64,000 nucleotides of DNA from Chrysemys picta bellii (Eukaryota), in assembly GCF_011386835.1 (NCBI RefSeq), contig NC_088807.1, positions 26,164,001 through 26,228,000 of the forward strand, written 5' to 3'. Positions 33,001 to 43,629 of the stretch are shown piece by piece. Both the position numbers and the translations under genes were made by a program. The notes below the pieces were generated by a model. That model was given only the letters and a program-made list of their open reading frames with translations. It did not search any database and was not told the DNA's origin. The first letter of the stretch is position 1; each line of letters begins with the position of its first letter.

Positions 33001-36000
33001 TAGCAGAGGATCCTCCCGGCGACGTTTGGCATCCGTGGAGCGGAATTGGCTGGAATGGGAGAAAGAGCTAAAACTGAGAGAGCTGGAGGATCGTGAACAA
33101 CAGAGACAGCGTCAGCATGAACGGGAGGAGAATGAGAGACAGAGACAGGAGAATGAGAGACAGCGTCAGCATGACCTGGAACTGGCGAGATTGAAGGGCA
33201 GCGAACCCCCGGCTGCGGTGAGTGAGGGGGGACCCAGGCCTGCACAGAGCTTTGATAAGTGCATCCTGGCCCCACACAAGGAGGGGGAGGACATGGATGA
33301 CTTCCTGGAGGCCTTTGAGATGGCCTGCGAGCTGCACCGGGTTGATCCCGCGGACAGACTCCGGGTCCTTACCCCCTTACTGGACCCCAAAGCCGTGGCA
33401 TTGTACCGCCAACTGGGAGAGGCAGAGAAAGGGGACTACGAACTATTCAAAAAGGCCCTGCTACGTGAGTTTGGGCTGACTCCTGAGATGTACCGGGAAA
33501 GGTTCCGGAGTCAGGATAAAACCCCTGAGATCTCATATCTGCAACTAGCCGTCCGCATGGAAAGATACGCCAGCAAGTGGGCTGATGGGGCCCAGACGAA
33601 GGAGGACCTGGTCAAACTGCTGGTACTGGAGCAACTGTATGAGCGGTGCCCATCCGACCTGAGGCTGTGGTTGGTGGACAGAAAGCCAGAGAACCCGCGA
33701 CATGCAGGCCGGCTGGCCGATGAGTTTGTAAAGAGCCGGTCAGGAGATAAAAGGGAGGAGTCCCAAAGGAACAGTCCCACCACAACGCAGAGAGAGAGTC
33801 ACCATGGGACCTCCCCGTGGGAAAATACAGAAAAACCCCATCAAAGGGGAACATCCGGCGTCAGGACCATCCGACCCACTCAAGGGGACCCATGGGACAT
33901 GGGCTGCTACCACTGTGGCCAAAAAGGCCACATACGGGCCCAGTGCCCCAGGCTCAGGGACAGACTGAGCAGACCGAACCCACAGAGGGTTGACTGGGTA
34001 GAGACCACAGCCCAGTTGGAACCCCAGAGGTATGGGGGTGGGAAAAGGGCACAGGCCGCATAAACCTTCCCACATGCGAACTGCGAGGGCCATCAAGCAC
34101 CCCCGACCTAAGGGGGGGCGTGAAACTGGAGAGGCCTGGTGTAATTCTCACCAAGGAATGGGAGGGATGCGGGGGCATCCATGGGAACGGGGGTAGGTTC
34201 GAGCTTCCCCGGGTCACTGGCTAAAGTGACCCTGCTCAGTTCGGTCTCGAAGGGGGGAGATGTGACGAACTGGGCCTGTTCTTACTGTGGTCTGTGAATG
34301 CTGACAGGGGAGTGTGGCTGGGATAGTCTGCATTGCGGGATGGGAGTCTGCCCGAAGGCGAATACCTGAGTGTGTAACATGAGAACCCAGGAAGGGGTTA
34401 GAGGCCAGGTGACACCTTGGCCCGGGAAACTGAACAAAGGCTGTGGGAGGGGTCGCTGAAGGCAGAGTGCTGGAAGCGGGCTGGAGAGATGGCTGGAAGG
34501 CAGAGATGGCTCTGACCCCCCAAGGGGGTGGGCTGGAATGCCCTGGGACCCCAAGCTGGACTTAACTGAGGGGGTCCTGTTGTCTGTGCCTGCAAGACCT
34601 GTCTTGGACTGTATTCCTGTCATCCAAATAAACCTTCTGCTTTACTGGCTGGCTGAGAGTCATGGTGAATCGCAGGAAGCCGGGGGTGCAGGGCCCTGAG
34701 TTCCCCAATACTCCGTGACACCGGGTCCCGCCAATCTGGAGTCACCCCTGATTGCAGAGGGGTCAGGGCTGGGTTCTGAGCTCAGCCCCCCGGGATCAAT
34801 CCGGAGTCATCCCCAGCTGTAATGGGGGCAGAGCAGGATTCTGATCTCAGCCCCCAGGGTCAATCCAGAGTCACCCCTGGTTGCAGAGGGGTCCTCAGCC
34901 TCAGAGGCTGGGAGCAAGAAGGGCAGGCGGGGGGGAAAGCTGAACGTGCCGCCTGTGTGTCTGGCTGTGCGAACGCCTGTCTGGCTGTGCAGGGCTGTAG
35001 ACAGAGTCAGTCGCGGTGGGAGGGGCCCGTGGAAAAAGAAACTTCCTTTGATGCTCACGTCTTAGCGGAGAAGAAACATTTCAGCCATCCCAAGCCCAGC
35101 AGCAGAAGGAACCCAGGAGTCCTGGCTCCGAGCCCTCCCCCGCCCCCGCTCTAATCACTGGACACCCGGATGCCCCTCACCCACACCAGAGACATGGGGG
35201 GGGATTACAACCCCCGCCTCGTACCTCACGCAGCTCATCTTCATTTCCTGTCCCCAGCCCCGTACAGATGGGGAAACTAAGGCAGAACAAGGCCTTGGAC
35301 ACGGGTCTTCGTCCCCCTGAGAACCTAGAGCAGCAGTCGCCCAACGGCCTGTTAATTAGCCCTCGTTAGGGTGAGCTAAGTCCCCTCTCGTCAGGTGTCA
35401 GGATAATACCTGCAGCTGTCCCAAATCCGACTAGCCGCCGCCATGCCGCCGAGAAGCTCCTTGGTGGCGGGACGCTCCCTTGTCAGTGGGCGGGCGCATA
35501 GAGATGCCCCCCGGGGGTCGTGGCGCCCGCGGGCACCGCGTTGGGGACCCCTGTGTTAGTCGGTGAGGTGCCACCGGACTCCCCGTTGTTTCGTGGACAG
35601 AGACTAACCCGGCTCCCCGGATACTTGACGTGCATGAGGGTAACGAGCCAGGAGCCGAACCCAGGGATGGAGGTGAAGCTAATAAAACACGAGATGTATT
35701 TATACCCGGGACCCAGACGCCGGCCGAGACCGGGGCCCCGTCCCCCCTCGGCCGAGATCAGGGCCCCGTTGCGCTGGGCGCCCCCCAGACCCCTGCCGAG
35801 ATCGGGGCCCCATCGCGCCGGGTGCCCCGCAGACCCCAACCCAGGTCACGGCCTCGTCCCGCCGGGCGCCGCCCAGATCCCGCCCTAGATTCTGGTGCAC
35901 AAACGCCCATATTGGGCCCTTTTATCCACCTATCTACCCACTTTAATGAGATCTCCGCCAAAATCAGCCGACCGCAAGACTTTTCACTCCCCGCTCGGCT

Positions 36001-39000
36001 CATTATTAGCTCTGTTTCCTGCCTCTTTTGGAAACCACTTTTTCTACCCGAGTTTCAGAGAAAACACCCCGACGACGTGATTTCACCTTCTCTCCGCAGC
36101 CCTCGGTCTGGTTCTTTAGAAATAATATGTGACGGCGCTGCCCCATTTCCCCCACAGCTTGTTTTTCACTACGCCGAACTCGCCCGCTGGCAGCTGAGGG
36201 GTGGGGGGGGTTCACCTGAACTGCCTTTCTCCTCGCCCGGCGTTGGGCTTTAATCCCCCAGCTGGTCTCTGCCCTCCTAGAACCACCGGCAGATCTGCCC
36301 CGACAGCCTGCATGGGGCCGCTCGTGGCAGCATGTACACTAGTGAAAAGCAGGCGTGAAAGCCCATCATCGAGACCGCGTCATGAATTCTGGTTTGGGAG
36401 CATTGCACACTTGCCTTGCACTAGTACGAAGACACACAGTGCAACAGGGTGAATGCTGACCTGGGCACCTTTCACAGTCACTTTGCACAAGTGCTAACGC
36501 ATGCACCTGCTTTGGGGGCATCGCACACTGGCTTTGCACTAGTGCATGAGAGAGGAGGGCATTGTGATTTGGGAGCGTTTCACGCTCACTTTTCACTAGT
36601 GCAGATGATAGCACAAGGGAGCAGGGTGAATTCTGGATTGGGAGCATTGCAAACTTGCTTTGCACCAGTGCTAATGCTTGCACCTGATCTGGGAGCAATG
36701 CACACTCACTTTACACAAGTGTGGACGCTTGCACAGACCAACAATGCTACCCCACCCTGCCCAAATGAAGCCTTGCCCTCCCACTTGCTGATCCTCTGTC
36801 CACAGCGACACCACGAGACCACCAACATCTCCCCCCGACACGCTGTGCCCTGTGGGGCAGGGACCATCCCAGCAGGGTCCCTCCCCATATAACCCGCCCC
36901 ATATAATTCAGAGCAGTGTCTGGGCTGCTCTACCATAGGCTCTGTGCCCCCAATAAACTGGAGGGATGGGGGGGGCCCAGAGTCATGGGGATTGGAGGAT
37001 TCGGGGGGCTCAGAGTCACAGGGATTTGGGGGGCTCAGAATCACAGGGATCGGGGGATTGAGGGGCTCAGAGTAATGGGGATCAGGGGAATTGGGGGGTT
37101 AAGAGTCACAGATCTGGGAGATTGGGGGCTCAGAGTCACGGGGATCAGGGGAATTGGGGGGAATTGGGGGACTGAGAGTCATAGATCTGGGGGATTGGGG
37201 GCTCAGAGTAACGGGGATCGGGGGAATTGGGGGGCTGAGAGTCATAGATCTGGGGGATTGGGGGCTCAGAGTTACGGGGACCGGGGGAATTGGGGATCTG
37301 AGAGTCACAGATCTGGGGGATTGGGGGCTCAGAGTCACGGGGATCAGGGGAATTGGGGGGAATTGGGGGGTTGAGAGTCATAGATCTGGGGGATCGGGGG
37401 CTCAGAGTCACGGGGACCGGGGGAATTGGGGGGTTGAGAGTCATAGATCTGGGGGATCGGGGGCTCAGAGTCACGGGGACCGGGGGAATTGGGGGGTTGA
37501 GAGTCATAGATCTGGGGGATTGGGGGCTCAGAGTCACAGGGATCGGGGGAATTGGGGGACTGAGAGTCATAGATCTGGGGGATTGGGGGCTCAGAGTCAC
37601 AGGGATCGGGGGAATTGGGGGGCTGAGAGTCATAGATCTGGGGGATTGGGGGCTCAGAGTCACGGGGATCGGGGGAATTGGGGGGTTGAGAGTCATAGAT
37701 CTGGGGGATTGGGGGCTCAGAGTCACAGGGATCGGGGGAATTGGGGGGTTGAGAGTCATAGATCTGGGGGATTGGGGGGCTTAGAGTCACGGGGATGGGG
37801 GAATTGGGGGGCTGAGAGTCACAGATCTGGGGGATTGGGGGCTCAGAGTCACGGGTATCGGGGGAATTGGGGGGTTGAGAGTCAGATCTGGGGGATCGGG
37901 GGCTCAGAGTCACAGGGATGAGGGGAATTGGGGGGTTGAGAGTCACAGATCTGGAAGACTGGGGGCTCAGAGTCACGGGGATCAGGGGAATTGGGGGGAA
38001 TTGGGGGGTTGAAAGTCACAGATCTGGGGGATCGGGGGCTCAGAGTCACGGGGACCGGGGGAATTGGGGGGCTGAGAGTCATAGATCTGGGGGATTGGAG
38101 GCTCAGAGTCATGGGGATCGGGGGAATTGGCGGTTCCCGGGGAGGTTGGCGGTTCTCGGGGGGGGGTTCTGCTGGACGGTTTTGGGGTCCCGGGAGGAAG
38201 GTGGGATTTTACCTCATCCTCTCCGGCCTCATGCAACTCTTCAGCTGCCGCCCGGCGCCGTCCTGGCCGGCGGTACTGGGGGGCGCCCGGGGGGGCGCCC
38301 GGCCCTTCATCACCACGCTGTAGTTCTTGCCCTGGTTATTGGCCCAGTAGACGCCCTCATCGGTCTGGTACCGGATCACGAAATCCAGCCGGGCTTCATC
38401 CCCCTCCTCCTCTTCCTCGCCCTGCTCCTCCTGCTGGCCGGGGCCGAAGGGCAGGCTGAAGGTGAAGCGGTCGCTCAGCCCCCCGTCGGGCGAGCCCCCC
38501 GGCACGTAGCGGGCGGGGTGGTCGCGGTAGGTGCGCCAGCGGTCCCGGCTGGCCCGCACATGGACGGCTTTGCGATAGGCCACGTTCAGCACCCGCACGG
38601 TGCCCCGCAGCAGCCACGGCTCGCCCGGCCCCGGCGCCAGCACCTCCTCCAGCTCCACCATGGTCCGGCGCAGCCGCACCAGCCGCTCCGGCTCGCCCTG
38701 CCCCGCCGGGGGCAGCACGAAGGCGGGCAGGAGGTAGGGGGCGAGGGGCGGCTGGCCGGCAGGGGGCAGCACCTCGGGGGGCGACTCGGGCGAGGGGGGC
38801 GGCCAGGGCTGGTAGTGCCGCAGGCGGGTCAAGGGCAAGCCCAGGGCATCGGCGAACAGCACCCGGCGCGCGCCCGCTGCATGCTGGGAGAGCGGCTCCT
38901 GGCCGTGCCCCAGGGCATGCTGGGAGAACGGTTCCTGGCCCGGCCCCACGGCATGCTGGGAGAGTGGCTCTTCGCCGTGCCCCACGTCATGCTGGGAGAG

Positions 39001-39047
39001 TGGCTCTTCGCTGTGCCCCACGTCATGCTGGGAGAATGGTTCCTGGC
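29275..39047 (-). CDS. PPP1R3F: Protein phosphatase 1 regulatory subunit 3F (glycogen-targeting, C-terminal transmembrane segment), 5'-partial at gap
   Basis: Exons (gap)39047-38213, 30601-30656, 30413-30468, 29275-30060, phases 2/1/0 consistent. RVLF (RVxF) PP1 motif, CBM21 motifs ([27 protein letters not shown]), [45 protein letters not shown], hydrophobic C-terminus. Confidence 0.92.
30413..30468 (-). CDS. PPP1R3F: PPP1R3F exon 3 ([19 protein letters not shown])
   Basis: ctctccag|AA ... CAG|gtaag; phase fits, sequence poorly conserved. Confidence 0.7.
30601..30656 (-). CDS. PPP1R3F: PPP1R3F exon 2 ([19 protein letters not shown])
   Basis: cctcacag|G ... G|gtatgt, 56 nt; resembles human RPAEEEL. 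Confidence 0.85.
31146..31892. repeat. ~66-bp tandem array of the caatccggagtcacccc family, about 11 copies, interrupted by the LTR element
   Basis: Array resumes at 34721. Confidence 0.85.
31893..34720 (+). mobile_element. Internally deleted Gmr1-like Ty3/Gypsy LTR retrotransposon
   Basis: 5' LTR 31893-32361 and 3' LTR 34261-34720 (TGTGAC...GTGACA); 5-bp TSD CCGGG; PBS TGGTGGCAGAGGTGGGAT (tRNA-Leu-like); PPT GAAGGGGGGAGA; LTR AATAAA at 32268 and 34627; no pol ORF. Confidence 0.92.
32702..34063 (+). CDS. Retrotransposon Gag with SCAN-like capsid domain and CCHC zinc knuckle, 453 aa
   Basis: Uninterrupted ORF; [18 protein letters not shown]-terminus, coiled coil, [16 protein letters not shown]...[22 protein letters not shown]. 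Confidence 0.88.
   Translation: MYAKRLKSDLVELCKQRRLRIGRLTKEQLIARLEAEDRANELIPVSQGSSLANAAQAPVSVPAGSGQPAAEGFPRPLLPMPRGRVGRSPANTKGAVTPPASRGSSRRRLASVERNWLEWEKELKLRELEDREQQRQRQHEREENERQRQENERQRQHDLELARLKGSEPPAAVSEGGPRPAQSFDKCILAPHKEGEDMDDFLEAFEMACELHRVDPADRLRVLTPLLDPKAVALYRQLGEAEKGDYELFKKALLREFGLTPEMYRERFRSQDKTPEISYLQLAVRMERYASKWADGAQTKEDLVKLLVLEQLYERCPSDLRLWLVDRKPENPRHAGRLADEFVKSRSGDKREESQRNSPTTTQRESHHGTSPWENTEKPHQRGTSGVRTIRPTQGDPWDMGCYHCGQKGHIRAQCPRLRDRLSRPNPQRVDWVETTAQLEPQRYGGGKRAQAA
36995..38130. repeat. ~63-bp minisatellite (gggggaattggggggttgagagtcatagatctgggggattgggggctcagagtcacggggatc)
   Basis: PPP1R3F intron 1. Confidence 0.9.
38213..39047 (-). CDS. PPP1R3F: PPP1R3F exon 1 (visible part)
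   Basis: RVxF and CBM21; ends [11 protein letters not shown]|gtaaaa. Confidence 0.92.
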
Positions 39048-39547
39048 NNNNNNNNNNNNNNNNNNNNNNNNNNNNNNNNNNNNNNNNNNNNNNNNNNNNN
39101 NNNNNNNNNNNNNNNNNNNNNNNNNNNNNNNNNNNNNNNNNNNNNNNNNNNNNNNNNNNNNNNNNNNNNNNNNNNNNNNNNNNNNNNNNNNNNNNNNNNN
39201 NNNNNNNNNNNNNNNNNNNNNNNNNNNNNNNNNNNNNNNNNNNNNNNNNNNNNNNNNNNNNNNNNNNNNNNNNNNNNNNNNNNNNNNNNNNNNNNNNNNN
39301 NNNNNNNNNNNNNNNNNNNNNNNNNNNNNNNNNNNNNNNNNNNNNNNNNNNNNNNNNNNNNNNNNNNNNNNNNNNNNNNNNNNNNNNNNNNNNNNNNNNN
39401 NNNNNNNNNNNNNNNNNNNNNNNNNNNNNNNNNNNNNNNNNNNNNNNNNNNNNNNNNNNNNNNNNNNNNNNNNNNNNNNNNNNNNNNNNNNNNNNNNNNN
39501 NNNNNNNNNNNNNNNNNNNNNNNNNNNNNNNNNNNNNNNNNNNNNNN
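39048..39547. other. Assembly gap (500 N)
   Basis: N run; the round length suggests a nominal size. Confidence 1.
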
Positions 39548-39606
39548 AAGAGAGGCCCCACCCCACTGAAAGCAACAGAGGCAGACGGGGGGGAGGGGAA
39601 GAGCCG

Positions 39607-39645
39607 TCACTCCTCCTTCTTGTCCTTTGGGCCCTCCTGCAGCAT
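39607..39645 (-). CDS. BCAP31: BCAP31 terminal coding exon (MLQEGPKDKKEE*)
   Basis: gtccccag|ATG ... TGA; KKXX motif. Confidence 0.9.
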   Translation of the reverse strand: MLQEGPKDKKEE

Positions 39646-42600
39646 CTGGGGACAGACGGACACGGGGTCAGGGGGGGAGGACAGACAGCCCCCCCGTTCT
39701 CCCCCAGCCACCCCCCTGCCTCTGTCCGTGACCCTCGCTCCCCACATGCAGCCCCCCCCAGCCAGGGGCCCCTCACTCCTGACCCACAGCCCTCCCGGCC
39801 CCCCAGTAACCTCCCCCCCTCGCTGCTAGTTAAAAATGCCCCAGCGGCGGCTGGGCCCCACGGAGCCGAGCCGAGCCCCACCCCCGGGCTCACCGAGCCG
39901 CACCCCGGCAATGGGGACAGGGCTGGGCAACCGCGCCTGGCTGGGAGCCGGCCCCACGCACCTGTCTGCACGTAACCATCACGAGGCACCGGGCACGGAG
40001 CCCACAGCCGGGCTGGGCCAAGGGAGGGGCAGGAGCCGGAGCCAGGCCACCCCCTCCCCCCAGCCCTGCCGGTGCCCCTCACTCCCGACCCGCAGCCCCC
40101 TGCTCCCAGCCCTGCCGGTGCCCCTCACTCCCGACCCGCAGCCCCCGTCCCCCAGCCCTGCCGGTGCCCCTCACTCCCGACCCGCAGCCCCCGTCCCCCA
40201 GCCCTGCCGGTGCCCCCTCACTCCCGACCCGCAGCCCCCTCCCCCCCCCAGCCCTGCCGGTGCCCCTCACTCCCGACCCCGCAGCCCCCTGCTCCCAGCC
40301 CTGCCGGTGCCCCTCACTCCCGACCCGCAGCCCCCTCCCCCCCAGCCCTGCCGGTGCCCCTCACTCCGACCCCGCAGCCCCCTCCCCCCAGCCCGGCCGG
40401 TGCCCCTCACTCCCGACCCGCAGCCCCCTCCCCCCAGCCCGGCCGGTGCCCCTCACTCCCGACCCGCAGCCCCCTCCCCCCAGCCCTGCCGGTGCCCCTC
40501 ACTCCCGACCCGCAGCCCCCTGCTCCCAGCCCTGCCGGTGCCCCTCACTCCCGACCCGCAGCCCCCTCCCCCCAGCCCGGCCGGTGCCCCTCACTCCCGA
40601 CCCGCAGCCCCCTGCCCCCTGCCCGGCCGGTGCCCCTCACTCCCGACCCGCAGCCCCCTGCCCGGCCGGTGCCCCTCACTCCCGACCCGCAGCCCCCCTG
40701 CCCGGCCGGTGCCCCTCACTCCCGCCCTGCGCCCCCCCACGCAGCTGACAGCAGGTTAATTACAGCCCAAGCCGGGATCTCTTAACCCCCCCCCCCCCCC
40801 CCCCGCCAGCGGTTCCCAGCCTGGCAGGGCGGTGCTGCCCCCTGGTGGTGGGAGGGGGCCGCCTCTCTGGGGGAGCCTGCCCCAGACACCCCGTCCTGCT
40901 CCCCAGCCCCAAGTCCTGTGCTAGACCCCGCGGCCCCACCTGCAGTTTGCCGTGTTCCTCCAGCAGCCGGTCGTACTCCTGGGTCAGCCCCTGGGCCTGC
41001 TTCCTCATGGCCAGCGCCTCACTCTCCGCCTTCTCCACCGCTGGGGGGAGCAGCCAGGTTAGCCCCCGCAGGGCCACCACCCCCCCCACCGGGTGAACGG
41101 CTCCAGCGTGGCTGGTGCTGCCTTAGCCCCCCGCTGTGCAGCGCCTCCAGCCTCGGGAGGGGATCACGGGCAAGGGGCTGCCTCAGTTTCCCCACACCGG
41201 TTGGGTTAGGCCAGGGCAGCCAGGCCGAAGCGGACGTGCCCCAGCGGGAGGGGGGGCCGGGATCCATGGGGTGGCCCAGGCCGAGGCAGACATGCCCCAG
41301 TGGGGGTGGGGGGGTTGGACTAGGACTCCCGGGGTGACCCAGGCCAATGCTAGCCTCAGGATTTAACCCCCGAGTTGCTGCAGGGGTGCAACATCCCCCC
41401 CGGCCTCACCCCTCTTGCTAGTGGCCAGCTCCTCCTTCAGCTCCTTGAGCTCCGCCTTCAGCACCTCGTTCTGCTCTGCGGCCCCCGGCCCCTCGGCCAG
41501 ACGCTCCCCGACATCCACGCCGGCCTCCTCCAGCTCCTGGGGGGAGACGGGGGACAGGTGACCCCAGCTGGACCCCACATCCCCAGCCAGGGCCCTGCCA
41601 TCCAGACCCCCACAACCATAGGGCCCAACCCCCTCCCCCATGGACTCACATCCCACTGGAGGCTCCCCCCCCCCCGCCCCCCCCCGGGCTCCCAGCTCGA
41701 CCCACAAGAGGCCTGGCAGCCCAGGGGATCCAGGGGATGTGGGTTTGAGCCCCGCCCCCTCTGCACCAGCCCCGCCCCCCACCTTCTTCAGCTGGTCGTT
41801 GTCCTCCATGTATCTCCTGGCTGCGTCACTGGCGCCCTCCGCCTGCTTCTTGAACGCCGCGTTGGAGGCCAGGAGCGTGGCCTGCTGGGAGATCAGCGTC
41901 ACCAGCCGGCGCAGGAGGCTGTGGGGAGCCAGGGCAGCGAGGGGTTAACGGCGGAGGGGCCACTCGCCTGGGACCGAGACGCAGCCCCTGGCGGGGGCCC
42001 CCCAGTTCTGCTGGCGCCCCTCACTCCCGACCCACAGCCCCTGCTAGCCCGGCTCTGCCCCCCCCCCCCCAGTTCTGCCGGTGCCCCTCACTCCCGACCC
42101 GCAGCCCCCTGCTAGCCCAGCCCTGCCCCCCCAAGCTCTGCCGGTGCCCCTCACTCCCCACCCGCAGCCCCTGCTAGCCCGGCTCTGACCCCCCCCCCCC
42201 AGCTCTGCCGGTGCCCCTCACTCCACCCCCCCGCTCACAAGGACAGCAGCAGGGAGAAGCCGGCCAGGTAGAGGTTGCGCTGGGCCCGGAAGAGTTTCAT
42301 GTGGAAGTGCTCCACGGCGCCCGGGTTGTTCTGCAGATTCACCTTCTCCGTCACGTCGTCGTACTTCTGAATCTCACGCACGGCATCTGGGGGCAGGGAG
42401 GGGTTAACGCGCCGGGTGGAACCCAGGAGTCTGGGCTCCCAGCCCCCACCCAACTCCCAGAGCCGGGGAGAGAACCCAGGAGTCCTGGCTCCCAGTCCCC
42501 TGCTCTAACCACCAGACCCCCACTCCCCTCCCAGAGCCGGGGAGAGAACCCAGGAGTCCGGGCTCCCAGTCCCCTGCTCTAACCACCAGACCCCACTCCC

Positions 42601-43554
42601 CTCCCAGAGCCGGGGAGAGAACCCAGGAGTCCGGGCTCCCAGGCCCGCAACCCAAGGAGGTTGGGTTACAAGGAGAAAGCATGTGCCCTGGCACCCGGCC
42701 CTGCCCGGGGAGAGCGCCCCCTGCCCAGTCCCCCCCAGCCCAGCTCCCCCCAGTGCCCTGCCGGGGGAGAGCTCCCCTTGCCTAGCCCCCCCAGCACAGC
42801 GCCCCCCAGTGCCCTGCCGGGGGAGAGCGCCCCTTGCCTAGCCCCCCCCACAGCACAGCGCCCCCCAGTGCCCTGCCGGGGGAGAGCGCCCCTTGCCTAG
42901 CCCCCCCCCCACAGCACAGCGCCCCCCAGTGCCCTGCCGGGGGAGAGCGCCCCCTGCCCCAGCCCCCCCACACCACAGCACCCCCCAGTGCCCTGCCGGG
43001 GGAGAGCACCCCCTGCCCAGCCCCCCCACAGCACAGCACCCCCCAGTGCCCTGCCGGGGGAGAGCGCCCCCTGCCCAGCCCCCGCCCCGCTCACCAAGCA
43101 GCAGCAGGACGAGGATGACGATGAGCACCACGAAGAACGTGTTCCCGTAGGTCACCACCAGCCGCACCAGGCGGGACCGGAAGATTTTCTGCCATCTGCC
43201 GGGGGCGGGAGACGATCACACACCCAGCCCCCCAGGCCCCCCGCCCCAGCCCTGCAGGGATATGGGGACAGAACCAGACCCAGGGTCCCCCAAGCCAGAG
43301 ACGGGGGTGACTGAGCCAGGACCCCAGCAGAGGGGAGCCCCCCTACCGGGGGAATGGGAGATGGAGCCACCGTCCCCCAGGAGGCCAGCCCAGCCCCCCA
43401 GCAGTGGGGCAGGCTCCCCGCCCACCCCCAGGGCCCCCGAAGCGCCCGGCTCGGGGCCCCACCTGGGCGCGGAGATGAAGGGGATGCAGAGCAGCAGGAC
43501 GGCGAAGACCTCGGCGTAGAGGAACGTGGCCACGGCCGTCCACTGCAGGCTCAT
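39607..43554 (-). CDS. BCAP31: B-cell receptor-associated protein 31, 247 aa
   Basis: Exons 43463-43554, 43095-43195, 42239-42386, 41783-41918, 41410-41536, 40940-41040, 39607-39645 total 744 nt. MSLQWTAVATFLYAEVF, KLFRAQRNLYLAGF, coiled coil, C-terminal KKEE ER-retrieval motif. Confidence 0.96.
40060..40735 (-). repeat. ~45-bp gggctgcgggtcgggagtgaggggcaccggca family array
   Basis: Last BCAP31 intron. Confidence 0.85.
40940..41040 (-). CDS. BCAP31: BCAP31 coding exon 6
   Basis: AVEKAESEALAMRKQAQGLTQEYDRLLEEHGKLQ. Confidence 0.93.
41410..41536 (-). CDS. BCAP31: BCAP31 coding exon 5
   Basis: ELEEAG...ELATSKR. Confidence 0.9.
41783..41918 (-). CDS. BCAP31: BCAP31 coding exon 4
   Basis: LLRRLVTLISQQATLL...DQLKK. 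Confidence 0.93.
42239..42386 (-). CDS. BCAP31: BCAP31 coding exon 3
   Basis: DAVREIQKY...FSLLLS. Confidence 0.93.
42415..42645 (-). repeat. SINE-head tandem array
   Basis: BCAP31 intron. Confidence 0.75.
42700..43085. repeat. ~60-bp gggagagcgcccc family array
   Basis: BCAP31 intron. Confidence 0.8.
43095..43195 (-). CDS. BCAP31: BCAP31 coding exon 2
   Basis: WQKIFRSRLV...VILVLLLL. Confidence 0.93.
43463..43554 (-). CDS. BCAP31: BCAP31 coding exon 1
   Basis: gccgccATG; AG|gtgggg. Confidence 0.93.
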
Positions 43555-43629
43555 GGCGGCCACGGGGGGCTGGGGGGGGAGAGAGAGAGAGTGAACCCCA
43601 CACCCCAGAGACACTGCCAGAGATCTCCT

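Noticed and set aside
37918-39975. 685-aa ORF spanning the gap
   Set aside because: Made of repeat, antisense PPP1R3F exon 1 and N bases
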